Shown: positions 9,601 to 18,349, counted from the stretch's first letter. The stretch is 34,664 nt of DNA from an uncultured bacterium (GCA_947647475.1 CANSKM010000001.1:1-34664); one strand, 5' to 3'. Translations and numbers: made by a program. The notes: generated by a model not told the origin, from the sequence alone.

Positions 9601-9829
9601 TTTGTTTCTCCTTTATTTTTACACAAAAAAAGGATATGGGAAAAGGTGGGAAAAAACATCGCCGGGGAGAGGATAATGTGAGAATAATGCTTTTTAATAG
9701 TGCTTAAAAGGCACTGTTTTGGGCTAAAACGATGTGATAGTATGAATTTTGGGTAGGCCCTTGTGCAAACTCTCTGACCCAAACGACATTACTGCAGGAT
9801 GAATGTTGGGAAAGGAGGTGGTGCTGAAA

Positions 9830-9904
9830 GTGGATATTCACATAAGTGAAAAAGCGCTATGGCTTATCTTATTGATAATCCTAGCGCTTAAAATCATCCA
9901 TTAA
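9830..9904 (+). CDS. Candidate micro-ORF encoding a 24-aa hydrophobic peptide (28 aa if the in-frame GTG at 9818 is used)
   Basis: A strong SD, GGAAAGGAGG (9809-9818), precedes in-frame GTG codons at 9818, 9821 and 9830. The peptide is (M)DIHISEKALWLILLIILALKIIH, with a stop at 9902-9904 and a hairpin at 9916-9936 downstream. There is no homology evidence. Confidence 0.3.
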   Translation: MDIHISEKALWLILLIILALKIIH

Positions 9905-9915
9905 GGGCTTTTAAA

Positions 9916-9936
9916 GGGAATGTTACGAGCATTCCC
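9916..9936. terminator. Hairpin GGGAATG-N7-CATTCCC, possible bidirectional terminator
   Basis: It has a 7-bp stem. On the minus strand it is followed by TTTAAAA, downstream of the sigma-factor gene. On the plus strand a T-run follows 9 nt later, downstream of the micro-ORF. Confidence 0.4.
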
Positions 9937-10025
9937 GCCCGATATTTTTATTATAAACCGTTTTGGTTAAAATTCAAGAGTCTTTTTTATGTGAAAACCC
10001 GCCGAGCAAAAAGAACAAAAAGGTT

Positions 10026-11021
10026 TTACATCCCTATATAATTTTTTAAATTTCCGCTCAGGTTTTGGTTTTTGCAGAGTTTTTTCAATTTTGAAATAGC
10101 CCTTGTTTCTATCTGCCTTATTCTTTCCCTTGAAACACCGTATCTGGTGCCGATTTCATCCAAAGTTTTTTTCTGTCCGTTATCATCCAGCCCAAAACGC
10201 ATAATTAAAACATCTTTTTCCTTTTGGTTCAGCTGGTTTAACATTTTATGAACATCATCAAGCAAATTTTCCTGTGTCACCTTGGTATCAGGCGTTAGGT
10301 GGCTTTCATCCACAATAAAATCCGCAATTTTTGATGAATCATCTTTTTGATTGGCAGGAGTTTCAATGCTTATGGTGCTTTGCGCCGATTTCATAAGGGC
10401 GGAAAGTTTTGAAGCGGGCATATTAATTTTTGCCGCAATCTCTTCTTTTGTGGGCATTCTGTTAAGCTCTGTCGAAAGCTCGATTGTTGCCCTTTTAATT
10501 TTTCCCAAAGTTTCAATCATATGCACAGGAAGCCTTATCATTCTTGATTTATCGGCAATTCCTCTTGTAATTGATTGTTGAATCCACCAGGTTGCATAGG
10601 TTGAAAACTTGTAACCCTTTGTGTAGTCAAACTTTTCAGCCGCTTTCATAAGCCCCATATTCCCCTCCTGGATTAAATCCAAAAATGAAAGTCCGCGCCC
10701 TATATATTTTTTAGCGATTGAAACAACAAGCCTCAGGTTTGAACTTACCAGAGTTTCTTTTGCTTTTGTTGAATTATTTTCCTTAATTTCTTTTGCAACG
10801 GCCATTTCCTCTTCATAAGATAAAAGAGGAATTTTTCCTATTTGCTGAAGGTAAATTTTAACCGAATCATCCGCAATAACGCTTTTATAATCGACTTTTA
10901 CCTTATTATCAACTTCAAGAATTTCATCCTCAGAACCCTCAGATGTTAATTCTTCGGTTTGTTCTTCGATTTCTTCAAACTCTTCTTTATGTTTTTTGTT
11001 TTTTTGTGGTTTTGTTTTCAT
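10026..11021 (-). CDS. rpoD: RNA polymerase sigma-70 family factor, RpoD-like (group 1/2)
   Basis: 331 aa. It has an acidic N-terminus, region 2 ([60 protein letters not shown]) and region 4.2 ([26 protein letters not shown]). Confidence 0.9.
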   Translation of the reverse strand: MKTKPQKNKKHKEEFEEIEEQTEELTSEGSEDEILEVDNKVKVDYKSVIADDSVKIYLQQIGKIPLLSYEEEMAVAKEIKENNSTKAKETLVSSNLRLVVSIAKKYIGRGLSFLDLIQEGNMGLMKAAEKFDYTKGYKFSTYATWWIQQSITRGIADKSRMIRLPVHMIETLGKIKRATIELSTELNRMPTKEEIAAKINMPASKLSALMKSAQSTISIETPANQKDDSSKIADFIVDESHLTPDTKVTQENLLDDVHKMLNQLNQKEKDVLIMRFGLDDNGQKKTLDEIGTRYGVSRERIRQIETRAISKLKKLCKNQNLSGNLKNYIGM

Positions 11022-11080
11022 TAGTTTCTCCTAAAAGAACAAAGCCATTATAACTTATTTTTTCAAATTTGCCCAATTAA

Positions 11081-11860
11081 TTACTGCATATACTCGGTTT
11101 GTCTGATTGTTTCATATATTACAACGGCAGCACAAGCAGAAACATTTAGCGATTCAAATTTTGTGGGCACTTTAATTTTAAAGTCGGCTTTGTTTAATAA
11201 TGTCTTTGAAATGCCGTCTCCTTCCGCGCCAAGCACCAGGGCGAAGTTCATATTTTTATAATCAACATCAAAATAATTATCACTATTGTTCATATCTAAA
11301 GCAATTATCCACCAGTCGTTATTTTTTAAATAATCAACAGCGCCTGACAGACTATTTGCTTTTATAATCGGAATGTGGTTAACCGCCCCTGCGGAGGTTT
11401 TTTCAACAACGGGGGTGATGGGGCATGCTCTGTGGTTTCCGATTAATATTCCGTCATAGCCTGCTGCGGTTGCTGTTCTAATTATGGCGCCGAAGTTGTG
11501 GGGGTCTGAAACGCCGTCTAATATTACAAGTTTTCTAAATTTTTTATCCGGATTATTTTTGGCATGCTCAACAAAATTTTCTAATGTAATATATTCAACC
11601 GGGGAGACGGAAGCCACAACCCCTTGTAAATTCACATCTTCGCCCGTTTCTTCTTTTATAATTTCCAAATATTTATTAAGATTTGTAAACTGAATTATTA
11701 CAGAATTATTAAGCGCTGTTTCTTTAATTTTTTTTAAACGGTTATCAAGTCCGATATTTTTTGAAATGTAAATTTTGTTGATTCTTTTAGGGTTTTTTAA
11801 CAATGTTTCCAATACCGCATTTTTTCCAAAAATGTAATTTTTCAATTTTTTATACTCCAT
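11081..11860 (-). CDS. SpoU-family RNA 2'-O-methyltransferase (RlmB/TrmH-like)
   Basis: 259 aa. It has an N-terminal substrate-binding segment (IFGKNAVLETLLKNPKRINKIYI) and SpoU motifs (DGVSDPHNFGAIIRTA, LVLGAEGDGIS, ESLNVSACAAVVIYE). Confidence 0.85.
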   Translation of the reverse strand: MEYKKLKNYIFGKNAVLETLLKNPKRINKIYISKNIGLDNRLKKIKETALNNSVIIQFTNLNKYLEIIKEETGEDVNLQGVVASVSPVEYITLENFVEHAKNNPDKKFRKLVILDGVSDPHNFGAIIRTATAAGYDGILIGNHRACPITPVVEKTSAGAVNHIPIIKANSLSGAVDYLKNNDWWIIALDMNNSDNYFDVDYKNMNFALVLGAEGDGISKTLLNKADFKIKVPTKFESLNVSACAAVVIYETIRQTEYMQ

Positions 11861-11961
11861 TTATTGTATTTTTTTATAAATGTATTTTTCTTTTATTGTA
11901 ATTATTGTATTATAAATTCTATATATATGTATGATTAGAGTTAAAAAAGAAAAAATGAGCA

Positions 11962-13635
11962 ATGTTTAATTTTGCCGGTACAACACACAAACAAATAATT
12001 GGTATTTCTGTTACACCTAACATTGGTGTGGAAGTCATTCAGACTGACAGAAAGTCGAATCAGGTAATAAAATATGGACGCAGGTTCATAGAATACAATT
12101 TCTCAACAAGAGAAATTCAAGACTATGGTGCGTTCAAAAGTGCCGTTATCGACTTATTTAACGAACTTGACATTAACGCAAAGTCAAATGTATTTTTGAC
12201 ACTGCCAAACGTGCATTTTGACTTTATGAATCTTCCTTTGATTTTGCCGGATGACGGTATCAACACGGCAATATCTTCAAAAGCGGAAGAGTCTTATATA
12301 TTTAAGAGGGTGGAACCGATTTCTGCTTGGTTGGATGTTAACGTTAACACCAACACAGAAACAAGACACATCATCTATTCATCATTCCAAAAAACTGCAA
12401 TTGATGAAATTAAAGATGTGTTCGCTGATATCGGCTCAAACCTTGTAGGTATTGAATCTGCATACAGTGCAATTTTGAGAGGTATTTATTTCTCAAATCT
12501 TTGCTCTCAGGAAATTGCAGAAAACCAAAGCTGGAACGTATTGTTAATTAATACAAACAGCTATGCGATATTCTCTCTTGTAGGCACGAGATTGGTAGAT
12601 TATCAGGAAGTTCCTCTTGCAATTAAGTCTTTCTCTTATGAAGAAGCTTATCAGGCAATTACAACTTCTGTTTCACAAATTCTTCCAAACTACCCCGCAA
12701 GAAAGTTGTTAATCGTATCTCAAGCAGATGATATTTGTGCTGAAGTATTAAAAACACAAATTATCTTTGATGAAAAAATTGAAACAATTGACTGTAATAA
12801 ATATGCGAAGAAACCTTTTGTGGATGTTGCTCCTGAAATTACAAGCAAGGAAGCATCTTCAATAACATTATCCGCAATTGGTGCTGCAAACAGCCAAATG
12901 TCAGATTTTCTCGTATTAAACATTTTAGGAAAAGGCGCTGCCGCACAGCAAACCCTTTATGCAACCTTTATGTTTATGGACAAGGAAATCCTTGTTACAC
13001 CTGATTTAATCAGAGGTGCATCATACATTTTATCAGGTATAATTGCACTCATTATTATTGCTCTTGTTGGTCTTTCAATGATGGTTTCAAATATGTCATC
13101 GAAAGAGTTGCAGCAAATTAAAAACAGGACGACCTCAATTGAAGGCGAAATCAAAGCCTTGACTTCTCAAGACGGTTTTGCCGATATCAATTCAATTATA
13201 AACGGTATTATTCTTGCAAACAAACAGGCTATAAGTTTCTATGATTCTTTGGCCTCTGATATTCCTTCAAATGTATGGCTTACATACTATTACAATCAAG
13301 ACGGAAACAAAGTTGCGGTTGAAGGCGTATCAACAACCATAAATGATATTTACGGTTATTATAAGAGCCTCAAGGTTTTATCACCCCAATCAAGCATCAA
13401 ATTAAACAGGCTTCAAGTGGTGACAGGGCCTTTGGATGACATTGATGCTAATATCAATGACAACCAAAAGATGTTCGATTTTGAAATTGCAAACGTTCAA
13501 TCTCCGAAATCACAAAAAGCAGCTCAAGACCCTAACAGCCAACAGGCAAACAAAAACAACGCTAATCCGAGACAATCAGGCACATCTGTTGCTCCTCCGG
13601 TTCTTCCGAGATTAGAACCTGTTGATATGAATTAA
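11962..13635 (+). CDS. pilM: Type IV pilus assembly protein, PilM-PilN fusion
   Basis: 557 aa. The N-terminal ~330 aa are a PilM-like actin-fold pattern (IIGISVTPN...FLTLPNVHFDFMNLPLILPDD...LVGIESAYSAILRG). Next comes one TM helix (ILSGIIALIIIALVGLSMMV) and a coiled coil. This is followed by a PilN-like periplasmic domain (VWLTYYYNQDGNKVAVEGVSTTINDIYGYYKSLK) and a Q/N/P-rich tail. Confidence 0.7.
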   Translation: MFNFAGTTHKQIIGISVTPNIGVEVIQTDRKSNQVIKYGRRFIEYNFSTREIQDYGAFKSAVIDLFNELDINAKSNVFLTLPNVHFDFMNLPLILPDDGINTAISSKAEESYIFKRVEPISAWLDVNVNTNTETRHIIYSSFQKTAIDEIKDVFADIGSNLVGIESAYSAILRGIYFSNLCSQEIAENQSWNVLLINTNSYAIFSLVGTRLVDYQEVPLAIKSFSYEEAYQAITTSVSQILPNYPARKLLIVSQADDICAEVLKTQIIFDEKIETIDCNKYAKKPFVDVAPEITSKEASSITLSAIGAANSQMSDFLVLNILGKGAAAQQTLYATFMFMDKEILVTPDLIRGASYILSGIIALIIIALVGLSMMVSNMSSKELQQIKNRTTSIEGEIKALTSQDGFADINSIINGIILANKQAISFYDSLASDIPSNVWLTYYYNQDGNKVAVEGVSTTINDIYGYYKSLKVLSPQSSIKLNRLQVVTGPLDDIDANINDNQKMFDFEIANVQSPKSQKAAQDPNSQQANKNNANPRQSGTSVAPPVLPRLEPVDMN

Positions 13636-13656
13636 ATAAGGATATAGAAAAGAAAA

Positions 13657-14244
13657 ATGTTCCAAATTATTAAAGACAATATACTTTCGTTAATAATTGT
13701 AATCGTGGTTATCGCCCTCGGCTTTAAGTATGTTCCGCCGGAAGTAACAAAAGCTATCAATTTGGCAAAATCCACAAGCATTGCAAAACAAGAACTTGCG
13801 CAGAAAGAAAATAATGCAAGCAGCTTGAGAGCGCAGGCAGAAGCTGCAGCCAGAGCGAAAGTTCCCCCGAAAGACGGAAAGAAAATTTATGAGCTTGAAG
13901 GTGCACAATTCAGCGCAGAAGCATCATTTGCTCCTTTGTTTGAAATCGTTCTTTCAATTGCCCAAAATTCAGGAATTAAAATCAGATCAATCGATTATAA
14001 CTATTCACCTGAAAATGACCCTGTGTTTGCGGCGCATTTGCCCGAATATAACGTTTGCGAACTTAGAATTCAGGCAATTGGCTCTTACGCTCAGCTTCAA
14101 AACTTCTTTAAAGGTTTAATGAAAGACAACAACTTAAATTACCTTGCAGAAGTTGAAATGCAGCCTTGGGAAAAAGACAAAACGATTTTGATTACAAACG
14201 TTAAAATCAGACTTTATACAAAAACTCCCGGTTCTTCAAACTAA
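13657..14244 (+). CDS. pilO: PilO-like type IV pilus assembly protein
   Basis: 195 aa. It has an N-terminal TM helix, a coiled coil and an alpha/beta C-terminal domain (ELRIQAIGSYAQLQNFFKGL). It starts 21 nt after the PilMN gene. Confidence 0.55.
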   Translation: MFQIIKDNILSLIIVIVVIALGFKYVPPEVTKAINLAKSTSIAKQELAQKENNASSLRAQAEAAARAKVPPKDGKKIYELEGAQFSAEASFAPLFEIVLSIAQNSGIKIRSIDYNYSPENDPVFAAHLPEYNVCELRIQAIGSYAQLQNFFKGLMKDNNLNYLAEVEMQPWEKDKTILITNVKIRLYTKTPGSSN

Positions 14245-14290
14245 GCAAAAAGCTTTTATAAAGAAAAGAAGACCAGACAAAATTTAAAAA

Positions 14291-14327
14291 ATACCTTGGA
14301 CAACATTAAGCTCCAAGGTATTTTTTT
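14291..14327 (+). terminator. Rho-independent terminator after the pil operon
   Basis: The stem is 10 bp, ATACCTTGGA (14291-14300) / TCCAAGGTAT (14312-14321), with an 11-nt loop followed by a T-run (TTTTTTT). Confidence 0.75.
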
Positions 14328-14451
14328 GGTCTAATATTTTTTATTTTAAAACACTTACCCGCTTCACCCAAAAGAGTAATATTATTTTTTCCATTAATTT
14401 ATAAAATTGTTTTATAAGTTTTAAGTTATTTTAAGGAATGGAAACAAAAAT

Positions 14452-15330
14452 ATGCAAAGTATTCAAAACCAGGGTCAAATTACGTTTATGCAAGCACCGG
14501 AAGTTAAAATGGAGGAATTAAACAATCTTTTTTTTGAACTCACCGCAAAAAACTGCAACCTAAAATGCAGCCACTGTTATATAAAAAGAAACCCGTATAA
14601 ACAGGAAAAAGACTTTATCCAGCTTGATAAAATTAAACAATCTTTGATTTTATCCAAAAAAGAAAACCTTAAATGCATTTATTTAACAGGCGGAGAGCCC
14701 ATGCTCCACCCGGATTTTAACACTATTTTGAGACTTTGTTTAAAATTTTCAAACGTGACCGTTCTTACAAACGGAACCCTTATAAACGACAAAAAAGCCC
14801 GTTTTTTAAGAAAAATTGACGATGAATCAAACTATGAAACAATTTATAGAATAAGCCTGGACCATTATAATGAGCAAAAAAACGATGAAATAAGGGGAAG
14901 AGGAAGCTACAGAAAGGCGCTGCTTGCAATTCAGAGCCTTTATAAATATGAATTTAACCCGATAATTTCAACGGTAAATTATTATAACGAGCCAAAAGAG
15001 GCACTGTTTAACGGTTTTCGTGAAATGTTAAACAAAATAGATTTTGAATTTGAAGATATAAATTTAAAAATCATTCCCTACTTTAACCCTGCAGCAAACA
15101 CTTTTGACCAGGTTGAAAACCACAATTTCAACGAAAAGGCGCTCGATTGTCACAATTCAAGAATCGTAAGCTCAAAAGGCGTTTTCTCCTGCCCTATTTT
15201 GTGCAACGATTTTAGAGCACGCACGGGAGCAACCTTGGAAAGTTACTCTAAAAAAGCCTACCTTGATACTGAAAAATGTTTCACCTGTGTTAAACACGGC
15301 GCTAAAGCCTTCAGCAACGATTGGATTTAA
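14452..15330 (+). CDS. Radical SAM protein with a C-terminal Cys-rich (SPASM/twitch-like) region
   Basis: 292 aa. It has a canonical CNLKCSHC (Cx3Cx2C) cluster, a GGEPMLHP SAM motif, and C-terminal cysteines at CHNS...CPILCND...CFTCVKHG. Confidence 0.8.
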   Translation: MQSIQNQGQITFMQAPEVKMEELNNLFFELTAKNCNLKCSHCYIKRNPYKQEKDFIQLDKIKQSLILSKKENLKCIYLTGGEPMLHPDFNTILRLCLKFSNVTVLTNGTLINDKKARFLRKIDDESNYETIYRISLDHYNEQKNDEIRGRGSYRKALLAIQSLYKYEFNPIISTVNYYNEPKEALFNGFREMLNKIDFEFEDINLKIIPYFNPAANTFDQVENHNFNEKALDCHNSRIVSSKGVFSCPILCNDFRARTGATLESYSKKAYLDTEKCFTCVKHGAKAFSNDWI

Positions 15331-15413
15331 ACCTTTGGGGCCCAATGTAAACTTTTTAAAAATATAAAAGGCTAAAAATGCCGTTAAAAACTTCATAATT
15401 CCTCCTCTTTCAT

Positions 15414-15442
15414 TTGCAAGTCATGGAAGTTTATTCTATAAT
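15414..15442 (+). promoter_or_regulatory. Sigma-70-type promoter upstream of dnaB
   Basis: TTGCAA (15414-15419), a 17-nt spacer, then TATAAT (15437-15442). An SD, GGGAGGG, lies at 15454-15460 and the ATG at 15472. Confidence 0.55.
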
Positions 15443-15471
15443 CTTTTGAAAGCGGGAGGGATTTTTAAAAT

Positions 15472-16836
15472 ATGGTAATGGAGCTTGAAGCGGGCAAAAA
15501 GAATTTATCCAAAAAGCTTCCGCCGCACAACCTTGAAGCGGAAGAATCGGTTCTTGGCGCGGTTTTATTGGGCTCTACCGATGTTTTTAACAGAGTTGTT
15601 GAAATTTTAACCCCCGATAGTTTTTATAACCCCAAAAACCGCCTGATTTATGAGGCGATGTTTACCCTCTACAACCAAAATAAGCCCCTTGATACAATTT
15701 CAATCGGGGAATATTTTAACGCAAAAGGGCAGATTGATGCTATTGGCGGAATAGAATATTTAAACGATTTGATGATTGATACAACTTTAACTTCAAACGT
15801 TGAATATTATGCAAATATTATTAAAGAAAACGCCACAAAAAGGCAGCTTATCGCCGCAGGAAGCACAATAATCGAGGAAACTTTTAAAAACCCCGAATCT
15901 AAAGTTTCGCTTGAGGCGGCAGAAAAGCTTATCTTTGAAATTTCCCAGCAGAAAAATTCCCAGCAAATGGAGGCCTTATCAAGCCTTTTGTATGAAACAA
16001 TGGAACAGCTTGAATACAGATGCTCAAATAGAGGCACCTACACAGGCGTTCCAAGCGGCTTTTACGATTTGGACCTTTTAACTGCAGGGTTTCAAAAATC
16101 GGATTTATTAATTCTTGCGGCCCGTCCTTCAATGGGAAAAACGGCTTTCGCCCTGAATATCGCGCAAAACGTTGCAATCAGGTCTAAAATCCCCGTTGCG
16201 ATATTTTCTCTTGAAATGTCAAAAATTCAATTGACCCAGAGGGTTCTTTGCGCAGAAGCCGAAATTGACGCGCAAAGGGCAAGAACAGGGGAACTCCAGC
16301 CTGCGGAATGGCAAAGAATTTCAGGCATATTAAACGACCTTCACCTTGCCCCGCTCTTGATTGATGATACCGCAGGGGTGAGTGTTTCGGATATTCGCGC
16401 AAAATGCCGCAGGTTAAAAATGAATTATCCTGATTTGGGGCTTATAATAATCGACTATTTGCAATTGATTGAAGATCGGAGTTCTCAAGACAGAACCCAG
16501 CAGATTTCATCAATTTCAAGGGGTTTAAAATCTCTTGCAAGGGAATTAAATGTGGCAATTATCGCGCTTTCCCAGCTTTCACGTAAGGTGGAAGAAAGGG
16601 GCGACAAGGAACCTATGCTCTCAGACCTTCGTGAATCAGGCGCAATCGAGCAGGACGCGGACGTTGTAATGTTTATTTACAGGGAAGAGTATTACGACAA
16701 GGAAAATCCCGAGGTTAAAAACAAAGCGCGTATCATCGTTGCAAAACAGAGAAATGGCCCGACAGGAAAGTTTGATTTATTGTTCCAGGGCTCAACCACA
16801 AGGTTTAAAAACCCGATTAAACGTGAAGAAGATTAA
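15472..16836 (+). CDS. dnaB: Replicative DNA helicase DnaB
   Basis: 454 aa. It has the N-terminal PPHNLEAEESVLGAVLL motif, Walker A ARPSMGKTAF, Walker B IIIDYLQLI, and IALSQLSR. There is no intein. Confidence 0.95.
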   Translation: MVMELEAGKKNLSKKLPPHNLEAEESVLGAVLLGSTDVFNRVVEILTPDSFYNPKNRLIYEAMFTLYNQNKPLDTISIGEYFNAKGQIDAIGGIEYLNDLMIDTTLTSNVEYYANIIKENATKRQLIAAGSTIIEETFKNPESKVSLEAAEKLIFEISQQKNSQQMEALSSLLYETMEQLEYRCSNRGTYTGVPSGFYDLDLLTAGFQKSDLLILAARPSMGKTAFALNIAQNVAIRSKIPVAIFSLEMSKIQLTQRVLCAEAEIDAQRARTGELQPAEWQRISGILNDLHLAPLLIDDTAGVSVSDIRAKCRRLKMNYPDLGLIIIDYLQLIEDRSSQDRTQQISSISRGLKSLARELNVAIIALSQLSRKVEERGDKEPMLSDLRESGAIEQDADVVMFIYREEYYDKENPEVKNKARIIVAKQRNGPTGKFDLLFQGSTTRFKNPIKREED

Positions 16837-16845
16837 GGAGAAGAT

Positions 16846-16941
16846 ATGTCAATAGTTACAGGTGCTCTTATTGGTGCAATCATTGGTGCAATAATCGGCG
16901 GAATTTACCAGGTTATTAAAAACAAACAAAACAAACAATAA
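16846..16941 (+). CDS. Micro-ORF: 31-aa glycine-zipper membrane peptide
   Basis: It is absent from the track. The peptide is MSIVTGALIGAIIGAIIGGIYQVIKNKQNKQ. An SD, AAGGAG (16835-16840), overlaps the dnaB stop and lies 5 nt before the ATG. A terminator follows. Confidence 0.55.
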   Translation: MSIVTGALIGAIIGAIIGGIYQVIKNKQNKQ

Positions 16942-16972
16942 TTTGTCTTTAAAACCCGACAAATTTCACATT

Positions 16973-17013
16973 TTGGTTTTTTATAGAAACGCTTTTAAAA
17001 CCAAGGTTTTTTT
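16973..17013 (+). terminator. Rho-independent terminator after dnaB and the micro-ORF
   Basis: The stem is 8 bp, TTGGTTTT (16973-16980) / AAAACCAA (16997-17004), followed by GG and TTTTTTT (17007-17013). Confidence 0.55.
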
Positions 17014-17079
17014 ATGCAAATAATGCAGCGGATTTTACACCTTCGGTAAATTTTTCCAATGAAAATTTTTAGAGGCCCT

Positions 17080-17628
17080 TTATTTTATAAGGGCCTGAAT
17101 TTCTTTAAAATGTGGGTTTTTAGCGGTTTTTAGCCACTCAAAAAGCACAATTTCAAGACAGGTAATCTTTGCGCCCAAATCGCTCAATAAATCCATTGCA
17201 CATTCAAATTCTACCTTGTTTCTGCTTGCGCACAAGTCTTTTAATACAAAAACTTCATACCCTTCTTCAAGAAGTTTTACAGCCGTTTGATAAACGCAGA
17301 TGTGTGCTTCAATTCCGCAGATTATTACCTGTTTTTTGCCTAAAGACCTGATTTTTTCCGTATACCCGGGTTCCATTAAGGCACAGAAATCTGTTTTTTC
17401 AGTCGGGACACAAGTATCGGGAAGTTCTCTTTTTATTTCTTCAATAGTTTGCCCGAGGCCCTTTGGGTATTGTTCCGTCACAAGTGTGTTTACGCCCAAA
17501 ATTTTTGCGGCCTGTACAAGTTTTGGCGCCTTAATTAACATCTGTTCTTTTATGCCGTGGTTTAGGGCGGCCATAAGTTTTTCCTGAATATCAATAATTA
17601 AAACCAAACTATCCATCGTTTTTAACAT
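17080..17628 (-). CDS. Isochorismatase-family cysteine hydrolase
   Basis: 182 aa. The pattern LVLIIDIQEKL ... VIICGIEAHICVYQTA fits the Asp/Lys/Cys hydrolase fold (YcaC-like). Confidence 0.8.
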   Translation of the reverse strand: MLKTMDSLVLIIDIQEKLMAALNHGIKEQMLIKAPKLVQAAKILGVNTLVTEQYPKGLGQTIEEIKRELPDTCVPTEKTDFCALMEPGYTEKIRSLGKKQVIICGIEAHICVYQTAVKLLEEGYEVFVLKDLCASRNKVEFECAMDLLSDLGAKITCLEIVLFEWLKTAKNPHFKEIQALIK

Positions 17629-17685
17629 AAAAATTTCCTTATTTGTCTGTTAATGCTTGTTTTTTATTATAAAGCAAAAATTTAA

Positions 17686-17694
17686 TGGTATAAT
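17686..17694 (+). promoter_or_regulatory. Extended -10 element TGGTATAAT
   Basis: It is a perfect TGnTATAAT. It ends 7 nt before the ATG at 17702, with no SD in between. Confidence 0.4.
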
Positions 17695-17701
17695 AAATTT
17701 T

Positions 17702-18349
17702 ATGAAAAATTTTATGAAAAAAACGGCTTTATTTTTAATTTGCTGCACATTGTTTATGGCAGCACCGTCATTTGCCCTTGGGGATGACACATCAAACAAG
17801 GTTGTGGTTGAAAGTTTGTGCGATTTTTCTTTTGAAGATGAAGCGCATACTGTCACTTTAAAAGTTTTAGACGAAAACACCTTTGAAAACGGTATTGTTT
17901 TTGAAAAAGACAGCGTTTTAAAGGCAAAGGTGACAAAAGTAATTGACCCGAAAAGGGGTAAAAGAAACGGATATTTAATTGTTGAACCCCTAAATTATAC
18001 TGTGCCTTCCACGGGGGAGACAAAGAATGTGGATGAAGAGGCTTGGAGCGCAAAGGTTTTAGGGTATAAACCATTTGATGTGAAAAAATCTGCCGTGGGC
18101 GCGGGGCTTGCCGTTGCCGGGCATTTTGTAAAAGGGATTGGCCAGTTTTACTATTTCGGAAAAGGAATAATAAACCCTGAAGAGGGCGAAAACCGTTTGG
18201 TTTCAGGGGTGAAAAACGTTTATGAAAATTCTCCTTTGGCATACATTGAAGAAGGGGAAGAGGCGAAAGTTCAAACGGGCGATTTACTTCTTTTAAAATT
18301 CTATTACGAAGATGTACCGAAATGGAAATTTTGGCAGAGAAATAAATAG
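17702..18349 (+). CDS. Secreted hypothetical protein (215 aa)
   Basis: I trimmed the track ORF 17657..18349 to the ATG at 17702. It has a Sec-type signal peptide, MKNFMKKTALFLICCTLFMAAPSFALG. I recognise no domain. Confidence 0.6.
   Translation: MKNFMKKTALFLICCTLFMAAPSFALGDDTSNKVVVESLCDFSFEDEAHTVTLKVLDENTFENGIVFEKDSVLKAKVTKVIDPKRGKRNGYLIVEPLNYTVPSTGETKNVDEEAWSAKVLGYKPFDVKKSAVGAGLAVAGHFVKGIGQFYYFGKGIINPEEGENRLVSGVKNVYENSPLAYIEEGEEAKVQTGDLLLLKFYYEDVPKWKFWQRNK

Noticed and set aside
9450-9782. 110-aa minus-strand ORF and 61-aa plus-strand ORF (9522..9707) from the track.
   Set aside because: The 110-aa ORF overlaps the clearly real rubredoxin gene (9439..9600) in another frame. The 61-aa ORF runs antisense to its 5' end. 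Neither has motifs or an SD.
14452-15330. The small radical-SAM enzyme could be a prokaryotic viperin-like defence gene.
   Set aside because: The C-terminal Cys cluster points to an auxiliary Fe-S (SPASM/twitch) enzyme. I see no viperin-like C-terminal nucleotide-binding motif and no kinase or other defence neighbour.
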